DNA of 64,000 nucleotides from Malacoraja senta (taxonomy: Eukaryota): the NCBI GenBank assembly GCA_038087875.1, contig JAXLNO010000462.1:186001-250000 (forward strand). The letters are read 5' to 3'. Below, piece after piece: positions 10,772-23,383 of this stretch (position 1 is its first letter; each line of letters begins with the position of its first letter). A program made the position numbers and the translations under genes. Below the pieces are notes generated by a model. It was not told the origin of the DNA, made no database searches, and saw only the letters and a list, made by a program, of their open reading frames with translations.

Positions 10772-11429
10772 ATCACAATTTGTTTTAATTGGTATGTTAA
10801 TGGATTGATAGATCAAATTGTCAATTAGAAGTTTATAAATACTTACATTGTAATAAATCTATCTTTTTTAGACATTCTAAGAAGCAGGAGCAAACAAGTT
10901 GCAGGATGGTCAAGCAACATCGCAAAGAGATGTTGAGAAGCAGAGTAAGGAGCAAAGGGGAGCATGAGACACAACAAGAAAGGACTGTACCTCTTGAGTA
11001 TCTCCAAAAAATAACGGAAGCTCGCAGGCAACAAGAGACTCAACAATAAGCTGCCAAAATTCAGCCAAATTGGTACATAATTGTGTAATGTATTTTTTAA
11101 TTATAGGTTAATCCACCGATATATATAATTGTCTTTACAAGTTTATGAATATCTACATTGTTATATATATCTTCCCCTTTTTTTACATCATGCAAAGAAA
11201 TGGGAGCAATCGAGTTGCTGGATGGTCAAGGAACAACACAAAGAGACGTCAAGAAGCAATAATGAGCCGAAGGGCACAAGAGCGGGAGGAAGCACAGGTG
11301 GAAGGTGCCAAAATACAGCCAGATTGGTACACAGCACAATGTCTTTTTAATTATATGTTAATGGATTGAAAGATAAAATTGTCTTTAGAAGGATATAAAT
11401 AACAACAAAAGATTAAATTGTCCTTTTGA

Positions 11430-12029
11430 TCATATGTTATTTTCTCTGCCCATCCCTTTGTGTCTGTGCCCCCCTCGCTCTACCCCCCTCCCTCTCCCTC
11501 TCTAGCCGCGCCTGTGAGGGGGGCTATGCATGAGTGGATAGGGCGGGGATGGGGTAAAAGGAGTGAATTAATAATATTAATATAATATCAAGGGGGTGGT
11601 TAGTGTGTATATGGAGGGTGGTTAGTGTATGTGTGTGAGGGATGGTTAGTGTGTATGTGACGCCGCAAGCCACCCCAACCTCCCCCCACGTTGAGGGTAC
11701 GGGACCCCCTCCCCACTCTCTACCACCTTCTCCCATTCCTCTCTCTCCCCCTCCTCTCTCTCCCCCTCCTCCCTCTCCCATCCCCCTCCGCCCGTCTTCC
11801 CCACTCTCACCCCTCCCCCATGTGTGTTTGTGATGCCACAGGCCCCCTCCACGCCTTCCTCTCTAGCCGCTCCTGCGCAGTTGGAGGTTATGCGTGCGTG
11901 GATAGGGCAGGGTTAGTGTGTGTGTGTGGGGGGGTGGTTAGTGTGTGTGTGAACCCGCAGCACACCCACCCCCCCCCCCCGCAAATGCGCGTTGGGGAAA
12001 CAGACCCAACGGGTCTGCACTTGATCTAG
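11430..12029 (+). mobile_element. Non-autonomous Helitron; 3' end clear, 5' end tentative
   Basis: Hairpin cagacccaacgggtctg 12001-12017, then CTAG 12026-12029 and T; candidate A|TC at 11429-11431. Confidence 0.65.
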
Positions 12030-12030
12030 T

Positions 12031-12681
12031 TGTTCTTTAAAAGTTTCCCAGTCCTCTGATTCCCACTAATCTTTGTAATTATGCCGTCTCTTTCAGTTTA
12101 AAACTGTCGTTGACTTTGCTCCTCAGTCACACGGGCTTCTTTCTCCCCCTAGAATCTTTCTTCCTCTTTGGAACGAAATCATCCGAATTATTCCCACCAG
12201 ACATTCCTGCCATTGCTCTTCCACCGTCTTCCCTTCCAGTCATCTTTCGCCAGCTCCTCACTCATGCCTCTGCGGTCTCCTTTGCTCAGCTCCAATACCG
12301 ACGCATCCGATCTCACCTTCTTCCTCTCAAATTACAGATTTCAAACTGATCATATTGTGGTCGCTACCTCCCAGTGGTTCCTTTATCTCGACTTCCCTTA
12401 TCAAATCCGGTTCATCACACAACACTAAATCCACAATTGCCTTTTTCCGCGTAGACTCCATTACAAGAATCCACTCGGAGGCACTCTTCAAATTCCATTT
12501 CTTGGGGTCCGGTATCAATCTGAATTACCCAGTCTACCTGCATATTGAAATCTCCCGTGACCCACCTTTATTAGATGGCAATTTTATCCCCTGGTGTAAC
12601 TGGTATCCTATATCGTGGTTTCTGTTTGGAGGCCTGTAAATAACTCCTATTAGTGTATTTTTACCCTTACAATCTCTCAGA
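12031..12681 (-). mobile_element. Old CR1 endonuclease-region fragment
   Basis: LRDCKGKNTLIGVIYRPPN and DLVLCDEPDL...EPLGGSDHNMI. Confidence 0.8.
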
Positions 12682-13175
12682 TCATGAGGAAGGTAACGCC
12701 CCTTCCGGGGGGGTGCAGGAGTATAAAGCCCCGGAGGCCGGACGTGAGTCAGTCACTGGAAGATCGCGAGAGAGAGTCCAGAACTGTGATTCTACGCCGT
12801 GAGTCAACTGAACTGTGAGTCTGCAATGTGCTTGGAATAAACGATTTGTTAGCCCGCAATATGTTTGCAATAAACGATTTGTTAGCCCACAATGTGCTTG
12901 CAATAAACGATTTGTTTTGCCCTGCACTCTGCTTGACTTGAAATGGAATGGATTGAAGTGTTGGCCCTGTACTCTGCTCAACTTGAACTGCAATGGATTG
13001 AATTGTTGGCCCTGTACTCTGCTTAACTTGAACTGCAATGGATTGAATTGTTGGCGCTGAACTCTGCTTGACCTGAAATGCAATGAATTGAATTGTTGGC
13101 ACCGCACTCGGCTTGACTTGAAATATATTGGATTGAATTGTTGGCCCGCACTCTGCTTGATCCAAAGGTCCCGCT
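12660..13175. repeat. 516-bp direct duplication, copy 2 (probable donor)
   Basis: First 22 bp are continuous with the adjacent CR1. Confidence 0.95.
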
Positions 13176-16100
13176 CACTCCGGAAGTCCCGTTCAGTAGA
13201 GAGGCCGCACTGAGCCGCGTGACCGAAACATGGCTGACCTCGCTGATTCCGGATCAGGTAATCTGCCCAACCGTGTCCTTCACTGTCCATCGTGCTGACA
13301 GAACAGAAGAATCTGGGACATCCGGAGGCAGAGCCAGCCAGGACTTACCAGCGCGAGGCTGGCCGACTTCGGGGCTGTGGCGGGTTCTGGCGTTCCAGCG
13401 ACAGCCCGACTCGGGGCTGAGGTGGTGTTCCGGCGGCGGCGGGCCCAGTTGACGACATCGTCGGGAGCTCGCAGGTCACAAGTTGGTGACCTGTTTTTCC
13501 AGAGCTCCCGCGGCAACAGCTTCGTCCACTGGACTGGAGGGCGGCAGCTTCGACTACCCCGGGCTGCGGAGATTGAACCGGCCCGTTCACGGAGCATGGT
13601 TGGGCCGCGGGACTTACTTACCATCACCTGGTGGGGGTCACAATATCGGAGGCCTGGATCGCCTTCGCGCAGAGGGAGAACAAGGAGGGAAGAGACAAAG
13701 ACTTAAGATTTTTGCCTTCCATCACAGTGAGGAGGTGTCTGGTGAACTCACTGTGGTGGATGTTAAATTTGTGTTTATTGTGTGTTTTGTTATTTTATTA
13801 TATGTATGACTGCAAGGCAATGAAATTTCGTTCAGACCGAAAGGTCTGAATGACAATAAAGTTTCCATGATCCATGACATCCAAGGGTGGAGGAGTCTGC
13901 TTCATGACCAATAACAACTGGTGCAACCCTGGAAATATCAAGATGCTTTCCTGTTCCTGCTCGCCGGACCTGGAGCACCTGACGATCTCATGCCGCCCAT
14001 TCTACCTTCCCCGGGAGTTCGGCTCAGTGATCGTCACATTCCACCGCAGGTGGACACCGACGTGGCACTATCGGCCCTACACGATGTGGTATGCCGACAT
14101 CAAAACAAGAACCCGTGGTGTTGGCTGGAGATTTTAATAAACCAAATCTCAAGAAGATCATGCCGAACTTCTACCAACATATCACGTGTGCCACCAGGGG
14201 GAAAGAATATTGGACCACTGCTATACGCCATTCCGGAAGGGCTACAAGGCCGTTTCACTCCCTCCCCTAGGAAAATCTGACCACGCTGCCATTTTCCTGC
14301 TGCCAGAGTATAAACAGGATAGTTCGGGAAGCGGCAGTGACGAGGGACGTAAAGCGGTGGTCCGACCATTCAGAGGCCATGCTGCAAGATGCACTGAGCG
14401 ATGTCGACTGGAATATGTTCCAGTGACATCAGTGAGTTCGCGGAAGCAGTCACGGACTTCATCGCAAGAATAGCCAACAACATCGTCCCCACGGTAAGGG
14501 TTAGCACCATTCCGAATCAAAAACCCTGGGTAGACAGATCCGTTCGTTTTGCCTTGAATGCTCGCACCGCTGCCTACAACTCGGGCCTGGCATCCGGAAA
14601 CATGGACGTCTACAAGGTAGAGTCCTACCAACTGCGAAGGGCGGTGAAGGACGCAAAAAGGAGGTACAGGGACAAGATGGAGTCACAGATGGAGCAGCAG
14701 GACACCAGACGCCTGTGGCAGGGGCTCCGGACTGTAACCAACTACCGGAGCACACCCCCCCCCCCCCCCCCTCATCCGCAAGTGCCGGCACCTCCCTAGC
14801 TGATGACCTGAACTCCTTTTACGCTCGTTTCGAGACGGGCAACATCACCAAAGGTCTGCTGACTAACGACAATACCACCAGCGGGCTGGCTATCGACGCT
14901 GAAGGGAGGAATGTGCACACATTCTCGTTGTCCGAGCACTATGTGAGGAGGGCTCTGACACGGGTGAACACGAGGAAAGCTGCAGGCCCCGATGGCATCT
15001 CGGGGCGAGTACTTAAGTCCTGTGCTACGCAGCTAGCTCTGGTGCTCACGACAAATTCAACCTCTCCCTGGACAAGTCCGTGGTCCCTGCCTGCTTCAAA
15101 AGATCCATCATTGTACCGGTACCTAAAAATACCTGTCTGAATGACTACCGTCCGGTGGCCCTCACCTCGGTAGTCATGAAATGCTTGGAGAGGCTGGTCA
15201 AGAAACACATCTGCGCCATCCTCCCTCGCAACATGGACCCGCTACAATTCGCATACCGTCCGAACAGATCCACGGACGATGCGGTCTCCCAGGTTCTGCA
15301 CACCGCTCTCTCTCATCTTGACAGCCAGAAGGGGGGCTACATGAGGATGCTGTTCATAGACCAGTTCAGCCTTCAACACGATAGTCCCCACCAGATTTGC
15401 CGAGAAGCTGCTGGAATTGGGGCTCAACAACCCCCTGTGTGCCTGGGTCCTGGACTTTCTCACCGCCAGGCTTCAGGTAGTCAAGATGGGAGGAAATGCA
15501 TCAAAGTCCCTCACCCTGAGCACAGGATTCCCCCAGGGTTGCGTCCTCAGCCGCCTACTGTACTCCCTGTACACACATGACTGTGTGGCTAGGTTCAGCT
15601 CCAACTCGATCATCAAGTTTGCTGATGACACTGTGGTGGTGGGCCACATCTCAGACAACGATGAGAAGGCCTGTCGGGAGGAGGTGGCTGAACTGGCACT
15701 CTGGTATCAGGACAACAGCCTCCTCTTGAATGTCAATAAAACTAAGGAGCTGATCGTGGACTTTAGGAGGGCACATCATCCGAGGATGTACACACCATTG
15801 AAGATAAATGGGGATACTGTGGATAGGGTGAGCTGCTTTAAATACCTGGGAGTCCACATCTCAGAGGATCTGAAATGGACATCACACGCTGCAGCACTGG
15901 TGAATAAGGCAAGGCAGCGCCTTTACCACCTCAGGCAATTGAGGAAATTCAGAGTGTCTCTGAGGATCCTCCAGTGCTTCTACTCAGCGGCTGTGGAAAG
16001 CATCTTGTCTGGAAACATCACAATTTGGTTTGGGAACTGCTCTGCCCAGGACAAGAAGGCTCTGCAGAGAGTAGTGCGTTCGGCCGAACGCACAATGGGA

Positions 16101-16412
16101 ACTACACTCGCCCCCCTGCAGGAACTATACATCAGGAGATGCAACTCCAGACCAATAAGATCATGGGAGACCCCCTCCACCTCTGTAACGGACTGTTCCA
16201 GCTGCTACGGTCAGGCAAACGCCTCCGTTGTCATGCTGTGAGAACAGAGAGGTTGAGAAGGAGTTTCTTCCCAGAGGCCATTAAGACTGTAAACTCCTAT
16301 CTCTCCAGGGACTAACTTTACTGAACCAATTTACTGTTGTGTGGGGTCTTTTTAAAATTGCTGTTTTTTTCTTTCCCCCCCCCACAAATATGTAATATGT
16401 GAATATGTGATT
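13176..16412 (+). mobile_element. Rex1/Babar-like LINE, near-complete frameshifted ORF (APE plus RT); 3' UTR resumes at 22821-22941
   Basis: [59 protein letters not shown]. Confidence 0.9.
13324..13875 (+). mobile_element. SINE-like non-coding retro-insertion
   Basis: 7-bp TSD gacatcc (13317-13323 and 13876-13882); tgacaataaa plus (tccatga)n tail; splits the Rex endonuclease frame. Confidence 0.8.
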
Positions 16413-17349
16413 TTACTTCGGAGTCACGTGAGTGACTACGTGAAGACCCCGCCAGCCCGCATGCGCATCATATCGTCTAACGCATGGCGCAACGACGGCT
16501 GGTGGGAGCGCTGCTCCACCAGCGGTCAACCCTGAAGATAAGTTTTTACTTTTTACCAGGTCTGTTTTCTCCTTGCAGGAAGCTCTTTACAGAGTTCCAG
16601 CTGGAGACGTTCCGGGGTCGAAATCCCGGCTTCACCCGGCTCCCTTCTACAGGGACCAGGGGGGGGTGGGATCCCGGCTGCGAAAACTGCGGGGATCCGG
16701 CTCGGGGGAAGACCGACCACAGACATCGCGGGGAAGCCCTTGTACTGGGACCGCAGAGGGAAACCCGGCTGCGAAAACCGCGGGGGAAACCCGACATGGT
16801 TTTGCGGGGAATCCCTTCTACACGGACCGCGGAATGCGGGTAGCGGGCGGCGGTTTAATTCGCCTTTTCGGGTAGCCGGCGGTGGAGCCAGCGGCTTCAG
16901 ACTGGTGCCGGTAGCACCCAGGCAACCCCGCTTGGAGGGTAAGCCACTACATTATCCACAGAGATGCCGGCTACGGACCACGGGAGAGCGGGTAGCCGGT
17001 GGCCGTCGGGTTCGCATGGTGGAGCAGGACTCAGGGTCAGCGACTTCGACTTGGGCAGCCCAAAGGTAGGCAACGAAACTAAGTCGGAGAGGCCCAGGGG
17101 CTGGATGAGCCTGGCCAGGAGGGTTCCCCTCCGACATCCTAGGGTACGTCCTCGGACGTCTTACCCAGCCTGATATGGTCCACTAAAACAGGGCCATATC
17201 AGGACAAGGTCAATGGAGGTTTACGGCAGCACCTGTGTACAGGGCTGCTCACAGATCTCCCTCTCGGTAGAGAGGCGTGCATGGGTCAGTGTCTGACTGA
17301 CACCAACCCCGGAGGAATGTCCATGGCACATGCTGCCATTCATGAGCGT

Positions 17350-17490
17350 TACTATTATCTGTTATTTGCAGTTGATCAGTTTATTTATTGATGTGTGTAT
17401 ATATTTATATAATGGTATATGGACACACTGATCTGTTCTGTAGTCATGCCTACTATGTTCTGTTGTGCTGAAGCAAAGCAAAGCAAGACA
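17350..17490 (+). mobile_element. Rex1/Babar 3' UTR fragment inside DIRS
   Basis: Matches about 3775-3900. Confidence 0.75.
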
Positions 17491-17739
17491 AAGCATGACA
17501 AATAACTGGCAGGTTTTTCCAGCATTTCTCCCACTAGGTCTGGCATATGGGGGCTAGAGGCACTCCAGTCCTTCGCTGTAGACTGCATTGGCATCGGAAA
17601 GGAGCAACTAGTCCTGGCGACTGCTGAAGGAAGCAACCTGACAAACCCCAACTCAGAGTGAGTGCCAAGTCTTGGGCATCTATGTCAGACAAGATTGCAA
17701 CTCGTCGTAGTCAAGAATGCTCCATCCTAAGGCATGTCA

Positions 17740-18110
17740 GGCAGCACCTCCTGGTTCAGGGTTGCAAATTTCCTCCCACTCAAAGGAACGGAGTGGTAGA
17801 GGGTGCTACAGAAGTGCACATGTGCCTGAAGCGACACCTGGTTCAGGGTTGCAATTCCTCCCACTCGATCGAACGTAGTGATGGAGATGGTGCTAAAATA
17901 CATGCACACATGCCTGAGGCAGCTCCTGGGTCAGGCTGCATAAGTCCTCCCATTCGGATGTAGAAAGGATGAAGCTGGTTGAGGCAGCTCCTGGGTCAGG
18001 TTGCATAAGTCCTCCCATTCGGATGTAGGAAGGATGAAGCTGGTTGAGGCAGCTCCTGGTTCAGGTTGCATAAGTCCTCCCATTCGGAGGTATGAAGGGT
18101 GAAGATGGAG
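17740..18110. repeat. Tandem repeats of about 88 bp then 65 bp within DIRS
   Basis: gaggcagctcc anchors at 17916, 17981, 18046. Confidence 0.85.
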
Positions 18111-19572
18111 CCATATGATGCCTCCTGCACGGATACAAGTTGGTAATATTTACACTTGGTTTTTGTACAGATGACAATGATAACATGAGATTAGTTTATA
18201 CTGCACAGCATACAAGCAATGGAGTTGCCTTTCAAGGCAGGCTCGCAATTATGGCAATGTGGCCTGTTCATTGTCAACAGGTTCAACTCGCATGTGCAGT
18301 ATAGACATTTCTGAATAGGAAACTTCGTGGCTGTTTAACTTCCATGGGATCAGTTTCCATTCACAGGGCACCGGAGATATTTGAAATTTAGCTGGATGAG
18401 GCAGTGATACAGTTAGAAGCGTTGCAAAATGGGCTAACTTCAGCTCCCAGGTTATTTACCAAATTACCAAAACCACTGCTTCAACTGCTCAGAGCTGAAA
18501 AACAATTGTCATGGCCTGTCGGGATGACATTCTAAATGCTGCATTTGCTAAATTAGCTGTATCAGCCACCAAACTATATTATGGAAATTGGGTTTATCAC
18601 CCATCCAGTTACATTTAAGTTGATATCAACTGAAATTATTCATTGTTGGGATTTACCTTTAACTCTATGAAGTTCAGGTTATATGGGTTTTGACAAATAT
18701 TAATTTAAAGTGCCATTTATTGTGCCGAACGTGCCTTCTCATCATATTGGCTGCGGGGAGCAGAATCCACTCTGTCGGGTCTCGCTCTCTGAGATCTAAA
18801 TTATGAAGGGTATCTTCAAACTCAAAACCTCCCAGGCCCAGGTACGCAGAGATATGGGATGTTAACATTGTACTAACGCCGCTACGCCGGTGGGATCCAG
18901 CTACATCCCTGTCCTTGGTCAAACTCACTTACAATGTGGTTATGCTCATGGCGCTGAGTCCAGCGCAACGGGTCCAGTCATTGCATAAGCTAGGGACTGG
19001 ACAGGATGATTATATCTGCAAGCAAAATAACATTTTATGGTTATGTCTTAGTCAAGCAGAATAGACCAGGGGCATCAGGTCTTAAACTAGACTTGTTGGC
19101 ATATCCCTTGGACCTTCGGTTGTTTGTGGTCACACATCTACACCAGTATGTTAAGGTCACTAAGAGCTTAAAGACTCTGAACTAGCAATATTTGTTAGTT
19201 ACATAAAGCCTCATAAGTAGATATCACTACAGACCATCTCCAGGTGGTTAACGGGTTCTGGCTTATACAGGAGTGAACACTGACATGTTTAAGTCTCACT
19301 CCACCAGGGCTGCAACAACATCAGCAGCAAGGTAATGGACGTTTCGCGGAACCACATCCTAGTGGCTGCAGGATGGTCAAACGAACGATCTTCCAAACAT
19401 TTTAGAACTAACCCATTGCCAGGCCTGGGGTATTTGCCAACTCTATGTTCGGTTCTGTTTATAGTTTCCTCCCGGTTGAGGGAGGTTACTATTATCATTA
19501 ATTATTCATTAAAAGCATCAACATGTCTATATCTATGTCATGTCTGAATGCATTATTAATGTTCACTCATCA

Positions 19573-22500
19573 CTGAACCCGAGGGGGACCAATATCCTGG
19601 CGGGGAGATTTGCAAAGGCTACTGGGGAGACTTTAAACTAGAACGGTTGGGGGGAGGGACTCAAGTAGAGAAAGCTAGTGGAAAATGTGGGAGGCAGGAG
19701 GCAGAGAAGGGAAGCACTCCGGACCCAAAATGTAGGGGAGAAAGAAGAAAAAGATAATAAACAGAGAATAAGTGGTGGTGGGTTTCTTAAATGTGTATAT
19801 TTTAATGCTAGGAGCATTGTAAGAAAGGTGGATGAGCTTAGAGCCTGGATTGGCACCTGGAAGTATGATGTTGTGGCGATCAGTGAAACATGGTTGCAGG
19901 AGGGCTGTGATTGGCAAATAAATATTCCAGGATTTCGTTGCTTCAGGGGTGATAGAATTGGAGGGGCAAGAGGTGGGGGTGTTGCATTGCTTGTCAAGGA
20001 AGATATTACAGCAGTGCTTTGGCAGGATAGATTAGAGGGCTCGTCTAGGAAGGCTATTTGGGTGGAACTGAGAAATGGGAAAGGTGTAGCAACACTTATA
20101 GGGGTGTATTATAGACCGCCAAATGGGGAGCGAGAATTGGAAGAGCAAATATGTAAGGAGATAGCAGATATTAGTCGTAAGCACAAGGTAGTGATTGTGG
20201 GAGCTTTCAATTTTCCACACATAGACTGGGAACACATTCTGTAAAAGGGCTGGATGGTTTGGAGTTTGTAAAATGTGTGCAAGATAGTTTTTTGCAGCAA
20301 TACATAGAGGTACCTACTAGAGAAGGGGCAGTGCTGGACCTCCTGTTAGGAAATGAGACAGGGCAGGTGGCGGAGGTATGCGTCGGGGAGCACTTCGGGT
20401 CCAGTGATCACAATACCATTAGTTTCAATATAATTATGGAGAGGGTCAGAACTGGACCTAGGGTTGAGATTTTTGATTGGAGAAAGGCTAACTTTGAGTA
20501 GATGCGAAAGGATTTAAAAGGAGTGAATTGGGACATGTTGTTTTATGGGAAGGATGTAGAAGAAAAATGGAGGACATTTAAGGGTGAAATTTTAAGAGTA
20601 CAGAATCTTTATGTCCCTGTTCGGTTGAAAGGAAATAGTAAAAAATGGAAAGAGCCATGGTTTTCAAAGGAAATTGGACACGGTTCGGAAAAAGAGAGAG
20701 ATCTACAATAATTATAGGCAGCATGGAGTAAATGAGGTGCTTGAGGAGTATAAAGAATGTAAAAAGAATATTAAGAAAGAAATTAGAAAAGCTAAAAGAA
20801 GATATGAGGTTGCTTTGGCAAGTAAGGTGAAAGTAAATCCAAAGGGTTTCTACAGCTATATTAATAGCAAAAGGATAACAAGGAATAAAATTGGTCCATT
20901 AGAGAGTCAGAGTGGACAGCTATCTGCAGAGCCAAAAGAGATGGGGGAGATATTGAACAATTTCTTTTCTTCGGTATTCACCAAGGAGAAGGATATGGAA
21001 TTATGTGAGGTAAGGGAAACAAGCACAGTAGCAATGGAAACTGTGAGATTCAAAGAAGAGGAGGTGCGGACACTTTTGAAAAATATGAAAACGGATAAGT
21101 CTCCTGGTCCTGATAGGATATTCCCTAGGACATTGAGGGAAGTTAGTGTAGAAATAGCAGGGGCTATGACAGAAATATTTCAAATGTCATTAGAAACGGG
21201 AATAGTGCCGGAGGATTGGCGTACTGCGCATGTTGTTCCGTTGTTTAAAAAGGGTTCGAAGAGTAAACCTAGCAATTATAGACCTGTTAGTTTGACGTCA
21301 GTGGTGGGCAAATTAATGGAAAGGATACTTAAAGATAATATATATAAGCATCTGGATAAGCAGAGTCTGATTAGGAACAGTCAACATGGATTTGTGCCTG
21401 AAAGGTCATGCTTGACTAATCTTCTTGAATTTTTCGAAGAGGTTACTAGGGAAATTGATGCGGGTAAAGCAGTGGATGTTGTCTATATGGACTTCAGTAA
21501 GGCCTTTGACAAGGTTCCTCATGGAAGGTTGGTTAAGAAGATTCAATTGTTGGGTATTAATAGTGGAGTAGCAAGATGGATTCAACAGTGGCTGAATGGG
21601 AGATGCCAGAGAGTAATGGTGGATGGCTGTTTGTCAGGTTGGAGGCCGGTGACTAGTGGGGTGCCTCAGGGGTCTGTGTTGGGTCCACTGTTGTTTGTCG
21701 TACATCAATGATCTGGATGATGGTGTGGAAAATTGGATTCGTAAGTATGCAGATGATACTAAGATAGGTGGTGTTGTGGATAATGAAGTAGATTTTCAAA
21801 GTCTACAGAGAGATTTAGGCCATTTGGAAGAGTGGGCTGAAAGATGGCAGATGGAGTTTAATGCTGACAAATGTGAGGTGCTACATCTCGGCAGGACAAA
21901 TCAAAATAGGACGTACATGGTAAATGGTAGCGAATTGAGGAATGCAGTTGAACAGAGGGATCTAGGAATAACTGTGCATAGTTCCCTGAAGGTGGAATCT
22001 CATGTAGATAGGGTGGTAAAGAAAGCTTTTGGTGTGCTGGCCTTTATAAATCAGAGCATTGAATATAGAAGTTGGGATGTAATGTTTAAATTGTACAAGG
22101 CATTGGTGTGGCCAATTCTGGAGTATGGAGTACAATTTTGGTCGCCTAATTATAGGAAGGATGTCAACAAAATAGAGAGAGTACAGAGGAGATTTACTAG
22201 AATGTTGCCTGGGTTTCAGCAACTAAGTTACAGAGAAAGGTTCAACAAGTTAGGTCTTTATTCTTTGGAGCGCAGAAGGTTAAGAGGGGACTTGATAGAG
22301 GTCTTTAAAATAATGAGCGGGTTAGACAGAGTTGACGTGGATAAGCTTTTCCCATTGAGAGTAGGGAAGATTCAAACAAGGGGACATGACTTGAGAATTA
22401 AGGGACAGAAGTTTAGGGGGAACATTAGGGGGAACTTCTTTACTCGGAGAGTGGTAGCTGTGTGGAATGAGCTTCCAGTGGAAGTGGTGGAGGCAGGTTC

Positions 22501-22698
22501 GATGTTATCCTTTAAAAATAGATTGAATGGGTATATGGACGGGAAAGGAATGGAGGGTTATGGTCTGAGTGCAGGTAGATGGGACTAGGGGGAAGTATTT
22601 ATTAAAAATAAAAAAAATTAAAAAAATTAAAAAAATGTTCGGCACGGACTTGAAGGGCCGAGATGGCCTGTTTCCGTGCTGTTATGGTTATATGGTTA
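19573..22698 (+). mobile_element. Near full-length CR1 (ORF1 end plus disrupted ORF2) inside DIRS
   Basis: ORF1 end LNPRGTNILAGRF; APE NARSI, SETWL, YRPP, SDH; RT YADDTK; (tatggtta)n tail; possible 4-bp TSD atca. Confidence 0.95.
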
Positions 22699-22820
22699 TC
22701 ATTGGTCAACTGATGCAGTGTGTGACGCATGGACTCGTTTCCACGGCATGAAATCACAGAGCTTTGAAATCTTCACGTAGTCACTCACGTGACTCCGAAG
22801 TAAAATAGTAAGATTAAACA

Positions 22821-22941
22821 GATTCCATTCTGTTTTGTAGTTTGTTTGGGGTTTTTTTGCACAATCCGCGAGCATTGCCACTTTTCATTTCACTGCTCAT
22901 CTCGTATGTGTATGTGATGAATAAACTTGACTTGACTTGAA
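22821..22941 (+). mobile_element. 3' UTR and tail of the Rex1/Babar-like element begun at 13176
   Basis: aataaa plus (cttga)n; gatt repeated at both DIRS junctions. Confidence 0.7.
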
Positions 22942-22987
22942 CTCCCCCACAGAGTTGCCCACCAAACCTGTACTCTTTACTATGGGC

Positions 22988-23130
22988 ATCCTGCCTGACC
23001 CGCTGAGTTACTCCAGCACTCTGTGAAACGTCACCTATCCATGTTCTCCACAGATGCTGCCTGACCCGCTGAGTTACTCCAGCACATTATGATTTTTTTT
23101 TTTGTAAACCAGCATCTGCTGTTCCTTGAT
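22988..23130 (+). repeat. Tandem non-coding PLE-terminus units
   Basis: Two copies of cctgacccgctgagttactccagcac, similar to the PLE end at 6825-6860. Confidence 0.7.
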
Positions 23131-23383
23131 TTTCATCCCAAATCTTCCCTGTTTCAGGCCTTTTACAAACTTTGGCATCGGTAAAATGGGTGCATTACAG
23201 GGAAAGGAAACGGGTCACAGACCAATGAAGAACCATTTTGCAGTAAAAAGCACAATTATATCTAATTTGTAGGCAGCAACTCCCAATGTGCAGTAAATTC
23301 ATATAACAGGTCACTCCAATTTGTGGTCAACACTCCCACCGTGTGGTGATCCGCTGCACTGCAAGCCCATCTGATAGGTGGAC

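Larger units (their letters stand above)
8875..11420 (+). pseudogene. Degenerate 250-310-bp repeats encoding STPR-like 23-aa units, possibly Helitron-derived
   Basis: ETQQERTVPLEYLQKITEARRQQ-ETQQ at about 10963 and ETQQERTEPLEDL*IITEVCMEQ-ETQQ at about 8899; recurring ttagaagtttataaat anchor. Confidence 0.45.
16410..22820 (+). mobile_element. Decayed DIRS-type tyrosine-recombinase retrotransposon
   Basis: Perfect 37-bp inverted repeat 16410-16446 / 22770-22806; RT remnant NGLTSAPRLFTKL at about 18430; YR remnants PRYAEIWDVNIVL, AQRVQSL, FKSHSTRAA, ILVAAGWS at about 18835-19420. Confidence 0.85.

Noticed and set aside
10256..13175. 516-bp repeats as an LTR pair
   Set aside because: No TG..CA, PBS, PPT or TSD, and the repeat includes CR1 junction sequence
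16484..17173. GC-rich ORFs at the DIRS 5' region as genes
   Set aside because: No recognisable domain; open frames are explained by GC content
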